Origin: Squalus acanthias
Taxonomy: Eukaryota
DNA: 64,000 bases
Direction: 5' to 3'
Assembly: GCA_030390025.1 (NCBI GenBank)
Contig: CM059432.1
Span: forward strand, 95,606,001-95,670,000
The translations under genes and the position numbers were made by a program. The notes under the pieces were generated by a model that did not search any database, was not told the DNA's origin, and saw only the letters and a program-made list of their open reading frames with translations. This document shows, piece by piece, positions 37,352 to 51,670 of the stretch; the first letter of the stretch is position 1, and the number at the start of each line of letters is the position of its first letter.

Positions 37352-37820
37352 TTGTCAGCTGTGGCTCAGTTGGTAGCACTCTTGTGTCTGAGTCAGAAGG
37401 TTGTGAGTTCAAGTCCTGCTCCAGAGACTTGAGCACACAAATCTAGGCTGATACTCCAGTGCATACTGAGGGACCGCTGCACTGTGTCAGGTGCCATCTT
37501 TCGGATGACACGTTAAACCGAGGCCCCGCCTGTTCTCTAAGGTGGATGTAAAAGATCCCATGGCACTATTTCAAAGAAGAGCAGAGGAGTTATCCTTGGT
37601 GCCCTGGCCAATGTTTATCCCTTAATCAACATCACAAAAACAGATTATCTGGTCATTATCACATTGCTATTTGTGGGAGCTTGCTGTGTGCATATTGGCT
37701 GCCGCATTTCCGACATTACAACAGTGACTACACTCCAAAAGTACTTCATTGGCTGTAAAGTGCTTTGGGGCATCCTGAGGTCGTGAAAGGTGTTCTATAA
37801 ATGCAGCTCTTTTTTCTTTT
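37352..37820 (+). mobile_element. Full-length tRNA-derived DeuSINE (SacSINE1-like)
   Basis: A box TGGCTCAGTTGG, B box GAGTTCAAGTCC, central Deu-like domain, and an L2-like tail GTGAAAGG..CTATAAATGCAG. Confidence 0.82.
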
Positions 37821-40569
37821 GACGGCAGTGTGGCCTGTTTTTGCACATCAGGCTTATTCCTGAATCACCTCTGTAGGTTGAACTTTCCTTTGATGAGACT
37901 GGTTGAACCAGTTTCTAGTTGAGTGAAAAACCAGTTTGACTGGGCTGTTATGCCAACAAATTCTGGTATGATTCCCAGTCCCAGAGAGTGTACAAACCTG
38001 CTCGGCCAGTTGGGAAAAGCATATTGGGTTATCCATTGTGCATTTACTATATGCCCTAGCAGAACCAGACAGCTTGAGCTGAGCAGCTGCTTTCTCAGTG
38101 AGCAAGTGTGGTCCATGTGTATTGCCTCTTGTAATACACATATGAGGATTGTAGCTCCAGGGAATACCAAGATTAAATGCTCACTAATAAAAGGTTTCTC
38201 ACAATTTAAGTTTAAAGGTACGTAGCATATAATATTTGTTGTATTTTCAGTTAAGTTTGAATTTTAAATGTATTTAAGTTTGTGGTATGAAATTTAGATA
38301 TTCTTCTATATGAAGTAGGATGAGAAGATGCCTTCTGCAAATTTTGTAAATGGATAACTTTATTGTGTAGTATAGATTTTCTTTTAAAAGAAACTAATCT
38401 CTGATGTCTGTTCATTTTGTTAGACTTATCTTTAAAGTATGAATCTATTGGTCAGAAAAATAACTTACTGTAAATGAAGACCGAATCATTTTCTTGTGTA
38501 TGTATATACGATACATTATGCGAAAACTCAGAAAACGAGCACTTCTGGCTTTCATTTGGTAATTGATTAACTAGTCATAGTCCAGTAGTACGTGAAAAGC
38601 TGAATAGAAAGGAATGAAGGCATGTTTTGTCATGCCTAACAATACTGGAAATCTCAGACTTCAAAGTAAATTATGACTTTCATCCTGATCACTGAACTCC
38701 AATTCTGTTTCATTCAATAACTTTTAGTCCCTTATGTTGTAAATTACTTGTACAGCATTGTAGTACAGCAACTCGATTAGTACTGTGCAGATGGTTCTAA
38801 TGACTGCAGTCAGTGCCAAGTCTGCGGCAGCTTTGGTTGGCTGTAAGTATGGAATTGAAAGAAGTACTTTCCATATGCATAGGAATAAGGGAATTGCTGA
38901 AAAAAAAGACTATGGTCCATCTAGTTTGCCTTCTACCATTCTGGTAGTTGCATGATGCTACGATAATGGATTTGTTGACTAAACATAGCAATAAATCTGT
39001 ATCAATTAATCTACAACAGACGTTGTACATTAGGCGAGGCAGAATTGTGCATTAGGTGAGGAAAACTCCAGTGGTGCGAAGCTTTGGGAACCATAGGTCC
39101 CAAGCATGCTACACTTACTACATGTCATGTCTCAATTTACTCAAGTACTAGAGCCCCAAATTTTATTTTCTGAAAGAAATCTATCAAATTTGCATACTAC
39201 AGTGAATCTGGTTTGTAAGTACCATCTTAAGGCACTTTCATATTGATGCAGTCAGCAGATGGCCTCACCAGAAAATGTCTCCCTCTCTGGGTGCATTGTC
39301 AGGCTATACCTGACTGTGTGCAATCACAATGATCTGTCTGACCCTAAGCTGGGCTCAGCTTAAAACAACATATCTAGTCTATCACTAAGACTGACTGCTA
39401 CTGCCTCTGTAATATTTCCTGCTTTCTCCCCTACCTCATTCCCACCATTGGCAAAATTCACTCTCTGGCCTTTGTCACCTCCAACATTCTCCTTGCTAGA
39501 ATTTCAAACTCCAATGCACCTAAAATTCTGCTGTTTGTATCCTATTGTGCACTAATTATTGCTCACCTGTCACCCTTTCCTCACTGTCCTCTGCTTTCCA
39601 CAATGCATCAACTTCAAAATCCTTGTCCTTGTTCATAATTCCTTCTAAGGCCTTGTACTATACTTGTGTAGCTTTCTCTGGCCTTGCATCCCAGCTTTTG
39701 ACTAGCTTGTGCTGTATTCCTCTACTCCTCCATTGGTGGCAGAGCCTTCAGTCATCACGCCCCTGCACTCTGGAATCTCGTTCCTAAAGCCTTTCGTCTT
39801 GCCTTATTTTCTAAAGCCTTCTCAAAACCTGAGCCTAACTCTCCTTCATAATTTCTCAATGTGTCCTTCTTCATCTTTGTAAGGTGTCCCACTCCACCAC
39901 CGTAAGTAAAACTTTTAAGTTCTTTTCTTGGTCTTCCTCATTCCCACATTTTTCTTTGACCAGTGCACAATAATTTACATTGTTAAATTGCATTTGCCAT
40001 TTGCTGCCCAATTGCATAGCTTACCTAAATCCTATTGCACATGCTGTGTTTCTATAGCGTTCCCTATTAGTGCCACAAGCAAGTTTCACAAGCTTATATT
40101 TAGTTTTCACATCATTAATGTAGATTAGAAGCAACAGTTCTGGGCTCGGTTGTGTTGCACCCCTGCTGGATAACCAGCTGGGATCATACCAGGAAAAATA
40201 ACTAGCTGGAAAAGGTACTGGAAGGCTGCCGGTACCATCAGAGCTAAAGCCCAGCATAAATCCAGGAATTACACCAGGACTATTTGTTTACATAGATGGT
40301 GATCAATAGCGTGAATGGGTTGCTAGGAAGAGTATTTGAAGCCAGGGCATTAGACTTATTAAAGAAAAAAACCGATATTGTCATAGGAAGATTATATAGG
40401 GTTTTGTTTTCCAGAATGCTTGATCAAATGGGCTGAAGGGTCGTCTTCATCTGAATCTGAATTTATCTGTGCACCTTCTGGAGAAAAGATAAAATTGAGT
40501 GGGGGAGTGGGAAAATATTTTGTCTTTTAATCTCTAAGATCAGTTTTACCTAATCTGTTTTGCAGGTGA

Positions 40570-40761
<192 letters not shown>

Positions 40762-41905
40762 TGATCACTTCAGCTGGATTAGCATCATTTATCACCTTAA
40801 AATTACATGTAAAATCCAATAGCATAAAGCCTGAATGAGAGGTTTTGTCTGTATATCCAAATTATTAGTGGTTTTCTTGCATCTTTCTGTACTCCTTTTC
40901 ATGGGCATTTGATGGAACTTGCCTGTTTTTGCTATAGCAACATAACAGTACCCCAGTTGATGCATTGATAAGTGAGCAACTGGATAGTACTTCACCAAGG
41001 GCCTGTAGTGAACATCATTAACTCTCTCTTTGCTTCCAAGAATCTCAGGAATTTCTGGGTATTTTCTCCCTCCATTCCTGATGATCTAGATTCTTGCTCG
41101 GGTATAATTCTAGGTGTCTGGCTGCTCTTTGGCATCTCAACAAAAATCCCATTCTTTTTCTGAGCATAGACAATTAATGGCAGCAGACTGTTTGATCCTG
41201 AGGAAATATCATAGCCAACCCTGGATCTGCCCTTATTTGATATAACAACGAAAGCACATCAGTTGGAAACGCATTTTTGTTTTCCCCCTCTTCCCTAGAA
41301 GCACTGAGGCCATTTATCATGGCCCTCTATGTACCCCTGTCCTGCCTAATATCCCTTCCTAGTCTTTGTGGATCAGTTCTACATTCGGCAATGTTCTTGG
41401 CAATTGACTAATTTGGGAGCCCTCTATTTTCTGTTGCTTTTAATTAAATATTGTATTTTGTTGCAAAGTGGCTGTTTTATTTCCTATTCTGTCATTAAAG
41501 ACCTTTTTCAGTACAGGAGTGCAGCATTGGCAGATTCAGGGTTCTCTCTCAGTCAGTTGCTTTCATTAATGTAAAAGAACTGATGTTCAGGAAATCGATT
41601 GTATCATTGATCCACAAAAATGTAGGTCTATGAATCTGCAGTTGAGTTAAGATTCCTTGTTTTTGCAATGTAAATGTGGTGAACATAATCCCTTGAGTTT
41701 GCACTCTATTAAGAAACCAGTCTCCACATCAAGCAGCACAACAGAGGCCATCACCCAACGGAAAGTTAAGTGTGAGGGTAAAGGCACCTATAGTGAATCA
41801 AATCGGTCACATTTTTCATAAGTCTGTGGAGGTGGTGGTTAAATTATGTATAAATGTTTTTGTTTCCTCGCAAGTTGGTTGGGAATGGGGCTGGAATTGA
41901 CAGTT

Positions 41906-42067
41906 GGGGTGAATTTCCACAGGGCTTCTCCTGCACATCAGCCATAACTTTGGAAGAGCTGTGGAAATCCCGTAAAAAGAGTGTTTACGCCGTTTTCCAG
42001 GGTTTCTGCGACTCTTCCGCCGTAGTTACAGCAGATGAGTGGAAAAACCCCGGTGAAAATTTACCCT
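41906..42067. mobile_element. Short fully palindromic MITE-like element
   Basis: Left half GGGGTGAATTTCCACAGGG...GGAAGAG...GAAATCC is an imperfect reverse complement of the right half ...GGTTTC...CTCTTCC...CCCCGGTGAAAATTTACCC. Confidence 0.6.
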
Positions 42068-43740
42068 GCGTGCCTTGGCCACTGTGTTCATTCTTTTCTT
42101 CTTGTTGGTCCAACAGCCCCACAAAATAAATAGGGTGCTCTTATGAGTGAGAGTGTTTCAAAAGCTCAGAACTGATTGAATTGTCATTGTAGCATAAGCG
42201 AGCTATATTCTTCCCTCAGCATCCTCCATACACTCTTGAAGTTAGGCCAAGTTGCACAGTATTTTGGTAAAACCATGTGGTGTATGGTGCTCTCCAATGA
42301 TGATACTAAACCACCTATAGACCCATGTTCTTTCCCTCGGCTGATGCATTCAACAATTCATACTGATTGGTTGATATACCTACTTCGATCAGCATCGATT
42401 GATCCACTCTTTGAGCCCACTGAGGTTAACAGCTCTGTAGTGTTCACTTGCCAGCAAAAAGGTATCCTCCCTGGCTGTTTCATCATTGGGGACTGCCCCA
42501 AAATGGCTTGTCTTCTAACTATGAAATGAGATGAGGATTCTCCTGAAAAAGAAAAGGACGATGATGATCTGCTTGAGGGCAAAAGTTTTCCATTAATTAA
42601 TATCTAGGGTGGCTTAGAGTTTGAATGTCACAGCCACCAGAACTTCCTCACTCAGGCTGAAGTCATTGCTAGACATTTTTCAAAAATCCCATTCTGTGGC
42701 CGTTGTCACATTTCTTTGAACCACCATCAAGAGATTCTGATCGGAGATGTAAAAGCAACTTTTGGTATTAGCCAAGATGAACAAGATCTACCATTGTCCA
42801 TTGTGCTCCTGCCAACCTGTTATATGTTACTCTGGTTGCTGATTCAGCTGCTGTTTTAAGTTGTTATCTTGACATGGAAAGTCTACTGCCAGGATATAAA
42901 TCCTAAACTTCTTGATGGCTAGGCAAATAACTGATTCTTTCATCAGATTTTACAGATTAAGATTACCTGCCACCAAATCCACTGAGCTGGGTTTGCTAGT
43001 CAATGGGTGTCAACATAAGAAGATAAGAATTTCTGCCAATTTCCGTGATCTTTTGCACTAGTTTAAAAACATTGTGCTAGAAGCCGGCCCCGCCCACCAA
43101 ACGGGCCATGCCCCCAGATCAAATTAATGACACTTGCGACTTTCTGCTAATTGCCCATTTGCAGGCCTTCGAGAAGGTTCTTCAAATTAAGCTTTTTTTT
43201 GGCGCAAAGACACTAATGGGCACGTTTTTAAAAGCTTGAGTATTAATTTTTTTAATTTACTAAGAAACTGACTACTGTACACCAATGTAACTAGTAAATG
43301 CTTCTGTATAGGTTTTTTAAGTCTTTTTCAGTGATTGAAAATCAGGTTACTCACAGGTGGTGGACTAGACACTGATTTAAAATACTTATTTTTTGTGATA
43401 AATCCATTTTTAGCCATACTAATAAACTGCACCAGGTTACCACTCTTAAATATATCAAGGAATTTTATATTGCAATTTTTTATAATTGTGCTGGTTCATG
43501 GAAGATTTTACTTTCATCGATATGCTAATGAGTTTGAGTGGAAACTTGAGGAATAAAACCACTTCTGCAAACTAATGTAATTTTGAGCCGGATTGCCGAT
43601 TGCACCCAAAGTGGAAACGCTTGGCCTATATATGTAACTCCAGTTTAGACTTAGCAGCCATGGATACAGTTTATTCTTTTGAAATTTATTGCAACTCTTA
43701 ATCAATAATTTTAAAAGCATATTTAATGCTGATATTCTCT

Positions 43741-45157
43741 AAGGGAAATCCTGTTTGACAAACCTATTGAAGTTCTTTGAGGATGTAACTAGTGGAGTAG
43801 ACAAAGGGGAACCGGTAGATGTGGTGTATCTGGATTTTCAGAAGGCCTTCGATAAGGTCCCATACAAGAGGCTGGTGAACAAAATTAGCCATGATGTGGA
43901 GATGCCGGTGTTGGACTGGGGTGGACAAATGTGAGAAGTCGCACAACACCAGGTTATAGTCCAACAGCTTGTGATTTCAAATAAAACTGTTGGACTATAA
44001 CCTGGTGTTGTGCGACTTCGAACAAAATTAGGGCACATGGAATTGGGGGTAATATATATACTAGCATAGATTGAGAATTGGTTAACAGACAGAAAACAAA
44101 GAGTAGGGATAAACGGGTCTTTTTCAGGATGGCAGGCTGTGACTAGTGGGGTACCGCAAGGATCGGTGCTTGGGCCCCAGCTATTCACAATCTATATCAA
44201 TGATTTGGATGAGGGGACTAAATGTAACATTTCCAAATTTGCTGCTGATACAAGGCTAGGTGGCAGTGTTAGTTGTGAAGAGGCTTCAAGGGGATCTCGA
44301 CAGGCTCAGTGAGTGGGCGAGAACATGGCAGATGGAATAAAATGTGGATAAATGTGAAGTTATCCACTTTGGTAGAAAAAACAGAAAGGCAGAGTATTTC
44401 CTAAATGGTGAAAGATTGGGGAATGCAGATGCTCAAAGGGACCTGGGTGTCCTTGTACATGAGTCACTGAAAGTGAATGTGCAGGTGCAGCAAGCCATTA
44501 GGAAGGCAAATGGTATGCTGGCCTTCATTACAAGAGGATTTGAGTACAGGAGTAAAGAAGTCTTACTCCAATTATATAGGGCCTTGGTGAGACCACATCT
44601 GGAGTACTGTGTACAATTTTGGTCTCCTTACCTAAGGAAGGATATACTTGCCATAGAGGGAGTGCAACGAAGGTTCACGAGATTGATTTCTGGGATGGCG
44701 GGACTGTCGCACGAGAAGAGATTGAGTAAACTAGGCCTGTATTCTCTTGAATTCAGAAGAATGAGAGGGGATCTCATTGAAGCATACAAAATTATTACAG
44801 GGCTTGATAGGGTGGATGCTGGGAGAATGTTTCCCTTGGCTGGGGAGTCTAGAACCAAGGGCCACAGCCTCAGGATAAAGGGTAGGCCATTCAGGACGGA
44901 GATGAGAAGAAATTTCTTCACACAGAGGGTGGTGAATCTCTGGAATTCTCTACCCCAGAGGGCTGTGGAGGCTCAGTCATTGGGTATATTCAAAACAGAA
45001 GTCGATAGATTTCTGACTAGTAAGGGCATCAAGGGATATGGTGATAGGGCCGGTGAATGGAGTTGAGGCAGAAGATCAGCCATGATCTCATTGAATGGCG
45101 GAGCAGGCTCGAAGGGCCGAATGGCCTACTCCTGCTCCTATTTCTTATGTTCTTATG
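43741..45157 (+). mobile_element. CR1 LINE, 5'-truncated
   Basis: KGKSCLTNL and [12 protein letters not shown] motifs, a 240-aa C-terminal ORF (44344-45066) and a TTCTTATG tail. Confidence 0.95.
43889..44019. mobile_element. Penelope-derived inverted-repeat module lacking the hammerhead core
   Basis: Nearly identical to 30519-30713 but missing the central 71 bp; perfect 12-bp TSD GAACAAAATTAG (43877-43888, 44020-44031) inside the CR1. Confidence 0.88.
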
Positions 45158-45464
45158 ATAAGTATTGCAATAGGCCTTTGAAAAAAATTGTATGTAAAGC
45201 ATCATGTTTTCATTGTAAGAAACCAGTTTGTATAATGAGGATGTATTTTCAAATTTATCACCTAACTTTGCTATACAAATTGTTATGGATAATTGTGTTA
45301 ATCATTGTGGTGGGAGGCCTTTTATCGTATTGTGACGTGTCAGTTGAAGGAGTGACTATATGTATAAGATCAGTACAATTACTTTGTGTGTCTGTGATTA
45401 ACAAGCCAGCCTTGCAAGATCCTTGGTGAACATCTCTTTAGGAACATTGAACTCTCAACTTTTG

Positions 45465-45755
45465 TAACATGAAGCCATACAGACCACAAAGCCCCAGATT
45501 CTAAATGAATTCACTTATCTTTGCCGGGGCAAGAGTTAGGAGTGCTGCAATTCATCTGTGTCTCTGGGCTAGGGAACATGAAAATCATCTACCGTTCGGA
45601 GGACAGGTTCAGGCTTGGCTGTAATGCCTCCTGTGAACAAATTGCCTACTAACACCTGAGTAATAGCCACTTGGGCAAGGTACAAGAGAGTGGCAACCAG
45701 CAAATGTACCGTAGCAAGGTGTCAACGTCTTTGGGAGGGAAGGGAGAAAAAAAAT
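45465..45755 (+). mobile_element. Old SINE-like repeat (unnamed family)
   Basis: Shares blocks (CTGGGCTAGG, GGCT(T/C)GG(C/T)TGT, GGTAC..GA) with degenerate segments at ~3170-3320 (-), 25030-25270 (-), 40130-40255 (+) and 41200-41370 (-). Confidence 0.4.
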
Positions 45756-45765
45756 CAAAGACAAT

Positions 45766-46527
45766 GGCCCAGATTTTGCTGCCAGATGAGGAAGAGATGC
45801 CTCGTGAATTGCGAATCACCGTATGTTGCTAGACGATTTGCGGTCAGCCTTGTGAACAAGGCAGCTTGCCATCAACCTCCCTGTGAGTTTCATGAAATCG
45901 CTGCATCTGCACAGTAATTTCCAATTAAACTCGCTGCAGAAAGTTAAGGTTGCTACTTAACAGTGTAAGTATCTTTTTAATGAGGAGATTTATGTTCCTG
46001 CAATGCTAATCAAACTCTCCGGCCCAGAAAGGGAACAATTTAAACTGTGGATTCGCATTCCTACAGGTAGTAAATTTGTTGTTAGCAATGTTCCCTTTAA
46101 GCTCCAGGGATCCCGCGCAGCCAGCTTTTCAATGCAAAAACCGTGCATGCGTGGTATTTTGAAGGGGCCGCGCAGCGCCAAATAAAATTACAGGAACATT
46201 GGTGGTTAGAGGTTTTTTTAAATTTTAAATTTAAAAAAATCTCTCTCTCCTCTTTTTCTCTTTCCCTTAATCCAACTTTTCTTTCCCTCTACGTACCTGA
46301 TTTTATTTTATTTCCATCTCTATCATTCCTCGTATATCTCATTCCTTAAATTTGATTGGTTGAGGAGATAGACTGTTGGTCCCGTCGTTCACTAAGGTCC
46401 CAGGTGCCCCATTGTCCTCCTGCACCGTTATCAGTGCAGGGCAAAACAGTTTGAGCTGAAGGGAGAGGGAAAAAAACTAACTAACAGGGCACACCACGAG
46501 ATGCCCTGCTCCAGCAAAATTTGTGCC
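45766..46527. mobile_element. Harbinger-type MITE (same family as 14846-15480)
   Basis: TIR GGCCCAGATTTTGCTG / CAGCAAAATTTGTGCC; flanks AAT/AAG; shared interior GGAGATAGAC.GTTGGT.CC..GTTCAC.AAGG.CCCAG. Confidence 0.75.
46086..46201. mobile_element. Small hAT-type MITE (family copy 3), nested in the Harbinger MITE
   Basis: TIR CAATGTTCC / GGAACATTG; 8-bp TSD GTTGTTAG / GTGGTTAG. Confidence 0.75.
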
Positions 46528-47957
46528 AAGATTTCAGTTTCTTACAAATTTAAAAAAGGAATGGAGTTGAATCTGGGGTCTTTTTAGGGACCTCATTGTG
46601 TGAGACACTTTTACCCATTCACTATCTTGAATACTGTGAGAGAACACAGCATGAAATGTCTGAATTCCAAGTTTTTTTTAATGTTCCTTAACTTAAGAAA
46701 GGGATGAAAAGCAGTTCCAGTCATCTGGTGCATGGTTTTAAATAGGCACAGTGAGAAATTAAATGGTTAGGCATTTGTTAAAATCCCTTTTCATTCTTCA
46801 AGTATATATTTTCAGGGTGTGGACGGTATGGCAGTCATGTTTAGCCGTCGGGCAGGCATTTTTTTAAATCTTAAGCTGTCACTAAACTGTTTGCCTAAAC
46901 TTAGAACTTTCCCATTCCACATATCAGATGTAGGCACAGCCAAGGCAGCTGAAAAATAAAAACACTGATGCATTTTGTTGTCCTTTAATTTCTTTCTCTG
47001 ATTTTTGAAACCTTTGCATATATAGCTTAATTGTGCAGATGTTGGCAACAAAATACTGGTTTCTATAAATGTGCTAATAATCTCTCTCTTATAGTGCCAT
47101 TGAGCTGTACTGGCAATGGCAAGCACCTACTCTTTATTCAGAGTAGCCTGTTGTGAAATTATGATTACCTGCATTTCCTTTGAGGGCTGGCTGAGGTGAC
47201 CTCATTTTCTGTTTACATAGTGTTTACGGCAGGTACCAGTTTGAGACCTACTTAGATGAATAAAGAACTACAGTTTAAATAGCAGTTACATTTTTGATGC
47301 TAGTTTGAGGCTGAACACTGGAAAGTTAAATAATGAAGTTGAAAAAGTTCCTGCCTGGGAACTTTTTGAAACTTCTTTTGCTCTGCTTTTAGTTATACTG
47401 CCACCGAGGCAGCGCTGGTCTCACGTGGCTTGTCAAAATGCAATGTGGCATCAATTTGTTGACTTCACTTTCCAGATATATCCCAACCTACGTCAATGTG
47501 AGAAGAAAACCATGCCATGTTGACATAAAAGCTACAGTATATCTGGGCCATTCGTATCTATATATTGTGATGACTGTGGTAATTGCTTTGGGATCTGATC
47601 TTGGTCTCTGCTGTGAGGACTTGCAGGCATTGTTCAACAAGTTTTTAATTCCATGCTAAAGCGAACATAGCATTGATCCAGTCAGCCATTTAAAAGCAAA
47701 TGCAGGCATGTTTAGAAATTTGCACCATCATGAGATGTGAGGAGTGCATCAAAAAAATAGAAGACCTTATTTTAAACTCATAGGAATTTATCAAGATTTA
47801 GTTGCCTATTTAAAAGAAAGCAGTGCTTTCAATTAAAGACATTTCATAGAATTATAGAAACTTACAGCACAGAAAAAGGAGGCCATTCGACCTGACGTGC
47901 TTGTGTTGGCTCCTTGCAAGAGCAGTTGTGCTTGGTCCCACACCCCTACTTTTTGTT

Positions 47958-49850
47958 CATAAGAACATAAGAATTAGAAGCAGGAGTAGGCCATATGGCC
48001 CCTCGAGCCTGCTCCGCCATTCAATAAGATCATGGCTGATCATCGACCACAACTCCACTTTCTTGCCCTATCCCCAAATCGCTTAATTCCTCTGGAGTCC
48101 AAAAATCTATCTATCTCAGCCTTGAATATACTCAACGACTGAGCATCCACAGCACTTTGAGGCAGAGAATTCCAAAGATTCACAACCCTCTGAGTGAAGA
48201 AATTCCTCCTCAACTCAGTCTTAAAAGGCTGGCCCCTTTTTCCTGAGACTATGCCTCCTAGTTCTAGACTCTCCAGCCAGGGGAAACAACCTTTCAGCAT
48301 CTACCTTTTCACTCCCCCTCAGAAGCTTATATGTTTCTCTGAGATTACCTCTCATTCTTCTAAACTCCAGAAAGAAAAGGCCCAATCTACTTGATCTCTC
48401 CTCAGCGGACAACCCTCTCATTCTAGGAATCAATCTAGTGAATCTTTGTTGCCCCACCTCTAAGGCAAGAATATACTTCCTCAGGTAAGGAGACCAAAAC
48501 TGTGCACAGTACTCCAGGTGTGGTCTCGCCAAAGCCCTGTACAATTGTAGCAAGACTTCTTTACTCTTGTACTCCAACCCCCTTACAATAAAGGCCAACA
48601 TGACATTTGCCTTCCTAATTGCTTGCTGTACCTGCATGCTAACTCTTTGTGTTTCCTGTACGAGGACGCTAAATCTCTCTGAACACCAACATTTAATAGT
48701 TTCTCACCATTTAAAAAATATTCTGTTTTTCTATTCTTCCTACCAAAATGAATAACCTCACATTTCCCCACATTATACTCCATCTGCCACCTTATTGCCC
48801 ACTCACTTAACCTGTTTATATCCCTTTGCAGGCTCTTTGTGTCCTCCTCACAGCTTACTTTCCCACCTAGCTTTGTATCATTAGCAAACTTGGATACATT
48901 GCACTCGGTCCCTTCATCTAAATCATTAATATAAATTGTAAATAGCTGAGGCCCATGCACTGATTCCTTGCTGCACCCCACTAGTTACAGCCTGCCAACC
49001 TGAAAATGGCCAGTTTATCTCTACTCTCTGTTTTCTGTATGTTAACCAATCTTCTATCCGTACTAATATATTACCCCCATGAGCAATATCTTGTGTAACC
49101 TTTTATGTGGCACCTTTTGGAAATCCAAATATACTAGATCCACTGGTTCCCCTTTATCTACCCTGCTAGTTACATCCTCAAAAAACTAATAAATTTGTTA
49201 ACCATGATTTCCCTTTCATAAAACCACGTTGACTCTGCCGAGTCATATTTATGATTTTCTAAGTGCTCTGTTACCACCTCCTTAATAATAGATTCTAGCA
49301 TTTTCCCAACAACTGATGCCAGGCTAACTGGCCTGTAGTTCCCTGTTTTCTCTCTCCCTCCTTTCTTGAATAGCGGGGTTACATTTGTTACCTTCTAATC
49401 TGTTGGGACTGTTCTAGAATCTAGGGAATTTTGGAAGATCACAACCAATGCATCCACTATCTCTGCATGCACTTCTTTTAGAACCCTAGGATGTAGGCCA
49501 TCAGGTCCAGGGGATTTGTCGGCTTTTAGTCCCCTTAGTTTCTCAAGTACTTTTTCTCTACTGATATTAATTATTTTAAGTTCCTGGCTCTCATTAGCCC
49601 CTTGGTTCCCACTATTTTTGGTATACATTTTGTGTCTTCTACTGTGAAGACAGATACAAGATTTTTGTTTAAAATCTCTGCCATTTCTTTATTCCCCATT
49701 ATAATTTCACCTGTCTCAGCGTCTAAAGGACCAACACTTGCTTTTGCTACTCTCTTCCTTTTTACATACTTGTAGAAGCTCTTACAATCTGTGTTTATAT
49801 TTCTTGCTAATTTACTCTCATTCTATTTTCTCCCTTTTTATCAATTTTTT
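47958..49850 (-). mobile_element. Younger CR1 LINE, 5'-truncated
   Basis: CATAAGAACATAAGAA tail; KSPGPDGLHPRVLKE, KFANDTK and RPHLEYCAQFWSP motifs. Confidence 0.93.
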
Positions 49851-50084
49851 GGTCCTCATCCTCAAGTACCTCTCCAATTCCCTTTTAAAATGATTTATGG
49901 AATCGGCTTCCACCACATTTTCAGGTAGAGCATTCCAGATTTCGACAACTGAGTGGAAAACATTTGCCCTCATCTCCCCTTTAGATCTTTTGGCAATGAT
50001 TTTAAATCTGATCTCTGGATATTGACTCACTCGCCAGAGGGAGCAGCCTTTTTCTATCCACTCTATCAAAACTTCTATTTATAA

Positions 50085-50836
50085 ACGTCAGACGTCGACG
50101 ACGAAGTCCAACACTGCCTTCAGTGTCCCAGTACAGCCTTCGGTCGCTTGAGGAAGAGAGTGTTTGAAGACCAGGACCTCAAACCCGGCACTAAGCTCAT
50201 GGTCTACAGAGCAGCAGTGATACCCGCCCTCCTGTATGCCTCAGAGACATGGACCATGTACAGCAGGCACCTCAAAGCACTGGAGAGGTACCACCAATGC
50301 TGCCTCCGCAAGATCCTGCAAATCCATTGGCAGGATAGGCGCACCAACGTAGGTGTTCTTGCTCAGGTCAACATCCCCAGCATCGAAGCTTTGACCACGC
50401 TCGATCAGCTCCGATGGATGGGTCACATTGTCCTCATGCCCGATACGAGACTCCCAAAACAAGCGCTCTACTCGGAGCTCCGGCACGGCAAGAGAGCCCC
50501 AGGTGGGCAGAGGAAACGCTTCAAGGACACCCTCAAAGCCTCCTTGAAAAAGTGTAACATCCCCACCGACACCTGGGAATCCCTGGCCCAAGACTGCACA
50601 AAGTGGAGAAGCATCCAGGAAGGCACCGAACACCTCGAGTCTCTTCGCCGGGAGCAAGTGGAAGCCAAGGGCAGGCAGCGCAAGGAGCGCACCCACCTGC
50701 CCCTTCAACCACCGTCTGCCCCACCTGTGACAGAGACTGTAGGTCCCGCATTGAACTCATCAGTCACCTGAGAACTCATATTTTTAATGTGGAAGCAAGT
50801 CATCCTCAGTTCCGAGGGACTGCCTAAGAAGAGAAG
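50085..50836 (+). mobile_element. RTE-clade LINE 3' fragment
   Basis: TKLMVYRAAVIPALLYASETWT, QLRWMGHI, RLPKQALYSEL and a C-terminal CPTC...H zinc finger; short GA-rich tail; flanked by duplicated ACTCTATCAAAAC (50060, 50837). Confidence 0.9.
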
Positions 50837-51670
50837 ACTCTATCAAAACCTCTATTAGGTCATCTCTTAACTTTCTCTGTTCCAAGGAGAACAGTATTAA
50901 CTTTTCCAATCTCTCCTCATAACTGAAGTCCCTCATTCATCCCTGGTAACATCCTGATAAACTTCCTCTTTACCCTTTCTAAGGCCTCTACATCTTTCCT
51001 GAAGTGTGATGCCAAGAATTGTCCACAATACTCCAGCTGAGGCTGAAACAGTGATTTATAAAGTTTTAGCACGATCTCTTTACTTTTATATTCTATGCCT
51101 CTATTTATAAACCCAAGTAACCCATTTCCGGTACAGATACAATGGGCCAAATGGCGGCCTCCTGTGCTGTAAATATCTATGATTTTGTGCTTTTTTTTTT
51201 AAACCACCTTATGAACTTGCTCTGCCACCTTTTAAAGGTTTGTGTATATGGACACCAAGGTGTCTCTGCTCATTTTCACTTTTTTCAAAATTGTGCTATT
51301 TATAGTCTGCTGCCTTTCCATATTAGGCCTCCCAAAGTGCATCACTTCACACTTCTCCACATTGAACTCCATCTGCCATGCTTCTGCCCATTTCACCATC
51401 CTGTCTGTCATCCTGAAGTCTACAACTATCCTCATCATTATCTACTACATTGCCAAGTTTCGTATCATCTACAAACTTAAATCACTGAAATTAGCTCTTC
51501 TCCAGTTGCGTATTTTTAGCTTCGATATTTTCTGGTCTCTTTCCATAATTACTTTAAACCAAATTATGTTGTGGTCACTGTTAGCTAGATGATCTCCTAC
51601 TGTAACACCCTCCACTTGCCCTACTTCATTCCCCAGAACCAGATTCAACACGGCTTCCTTGCTTGTTGGA

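Noticed and set aside
37352..37430. tRNA gene
   Set aside because: The A/B boxes continue into a multi-copy SINE body and no full cloverleaf is evident. The same applies to the heads at ~28790 and ~29280-29351.
43025..43630. Additional Harbinger-type MITE
   Set aside because: A GC-rich/AT-rich/GC-rich layout and a GGCC end followed by TAT are suggestive, but no convincing matching left TIR could be read.
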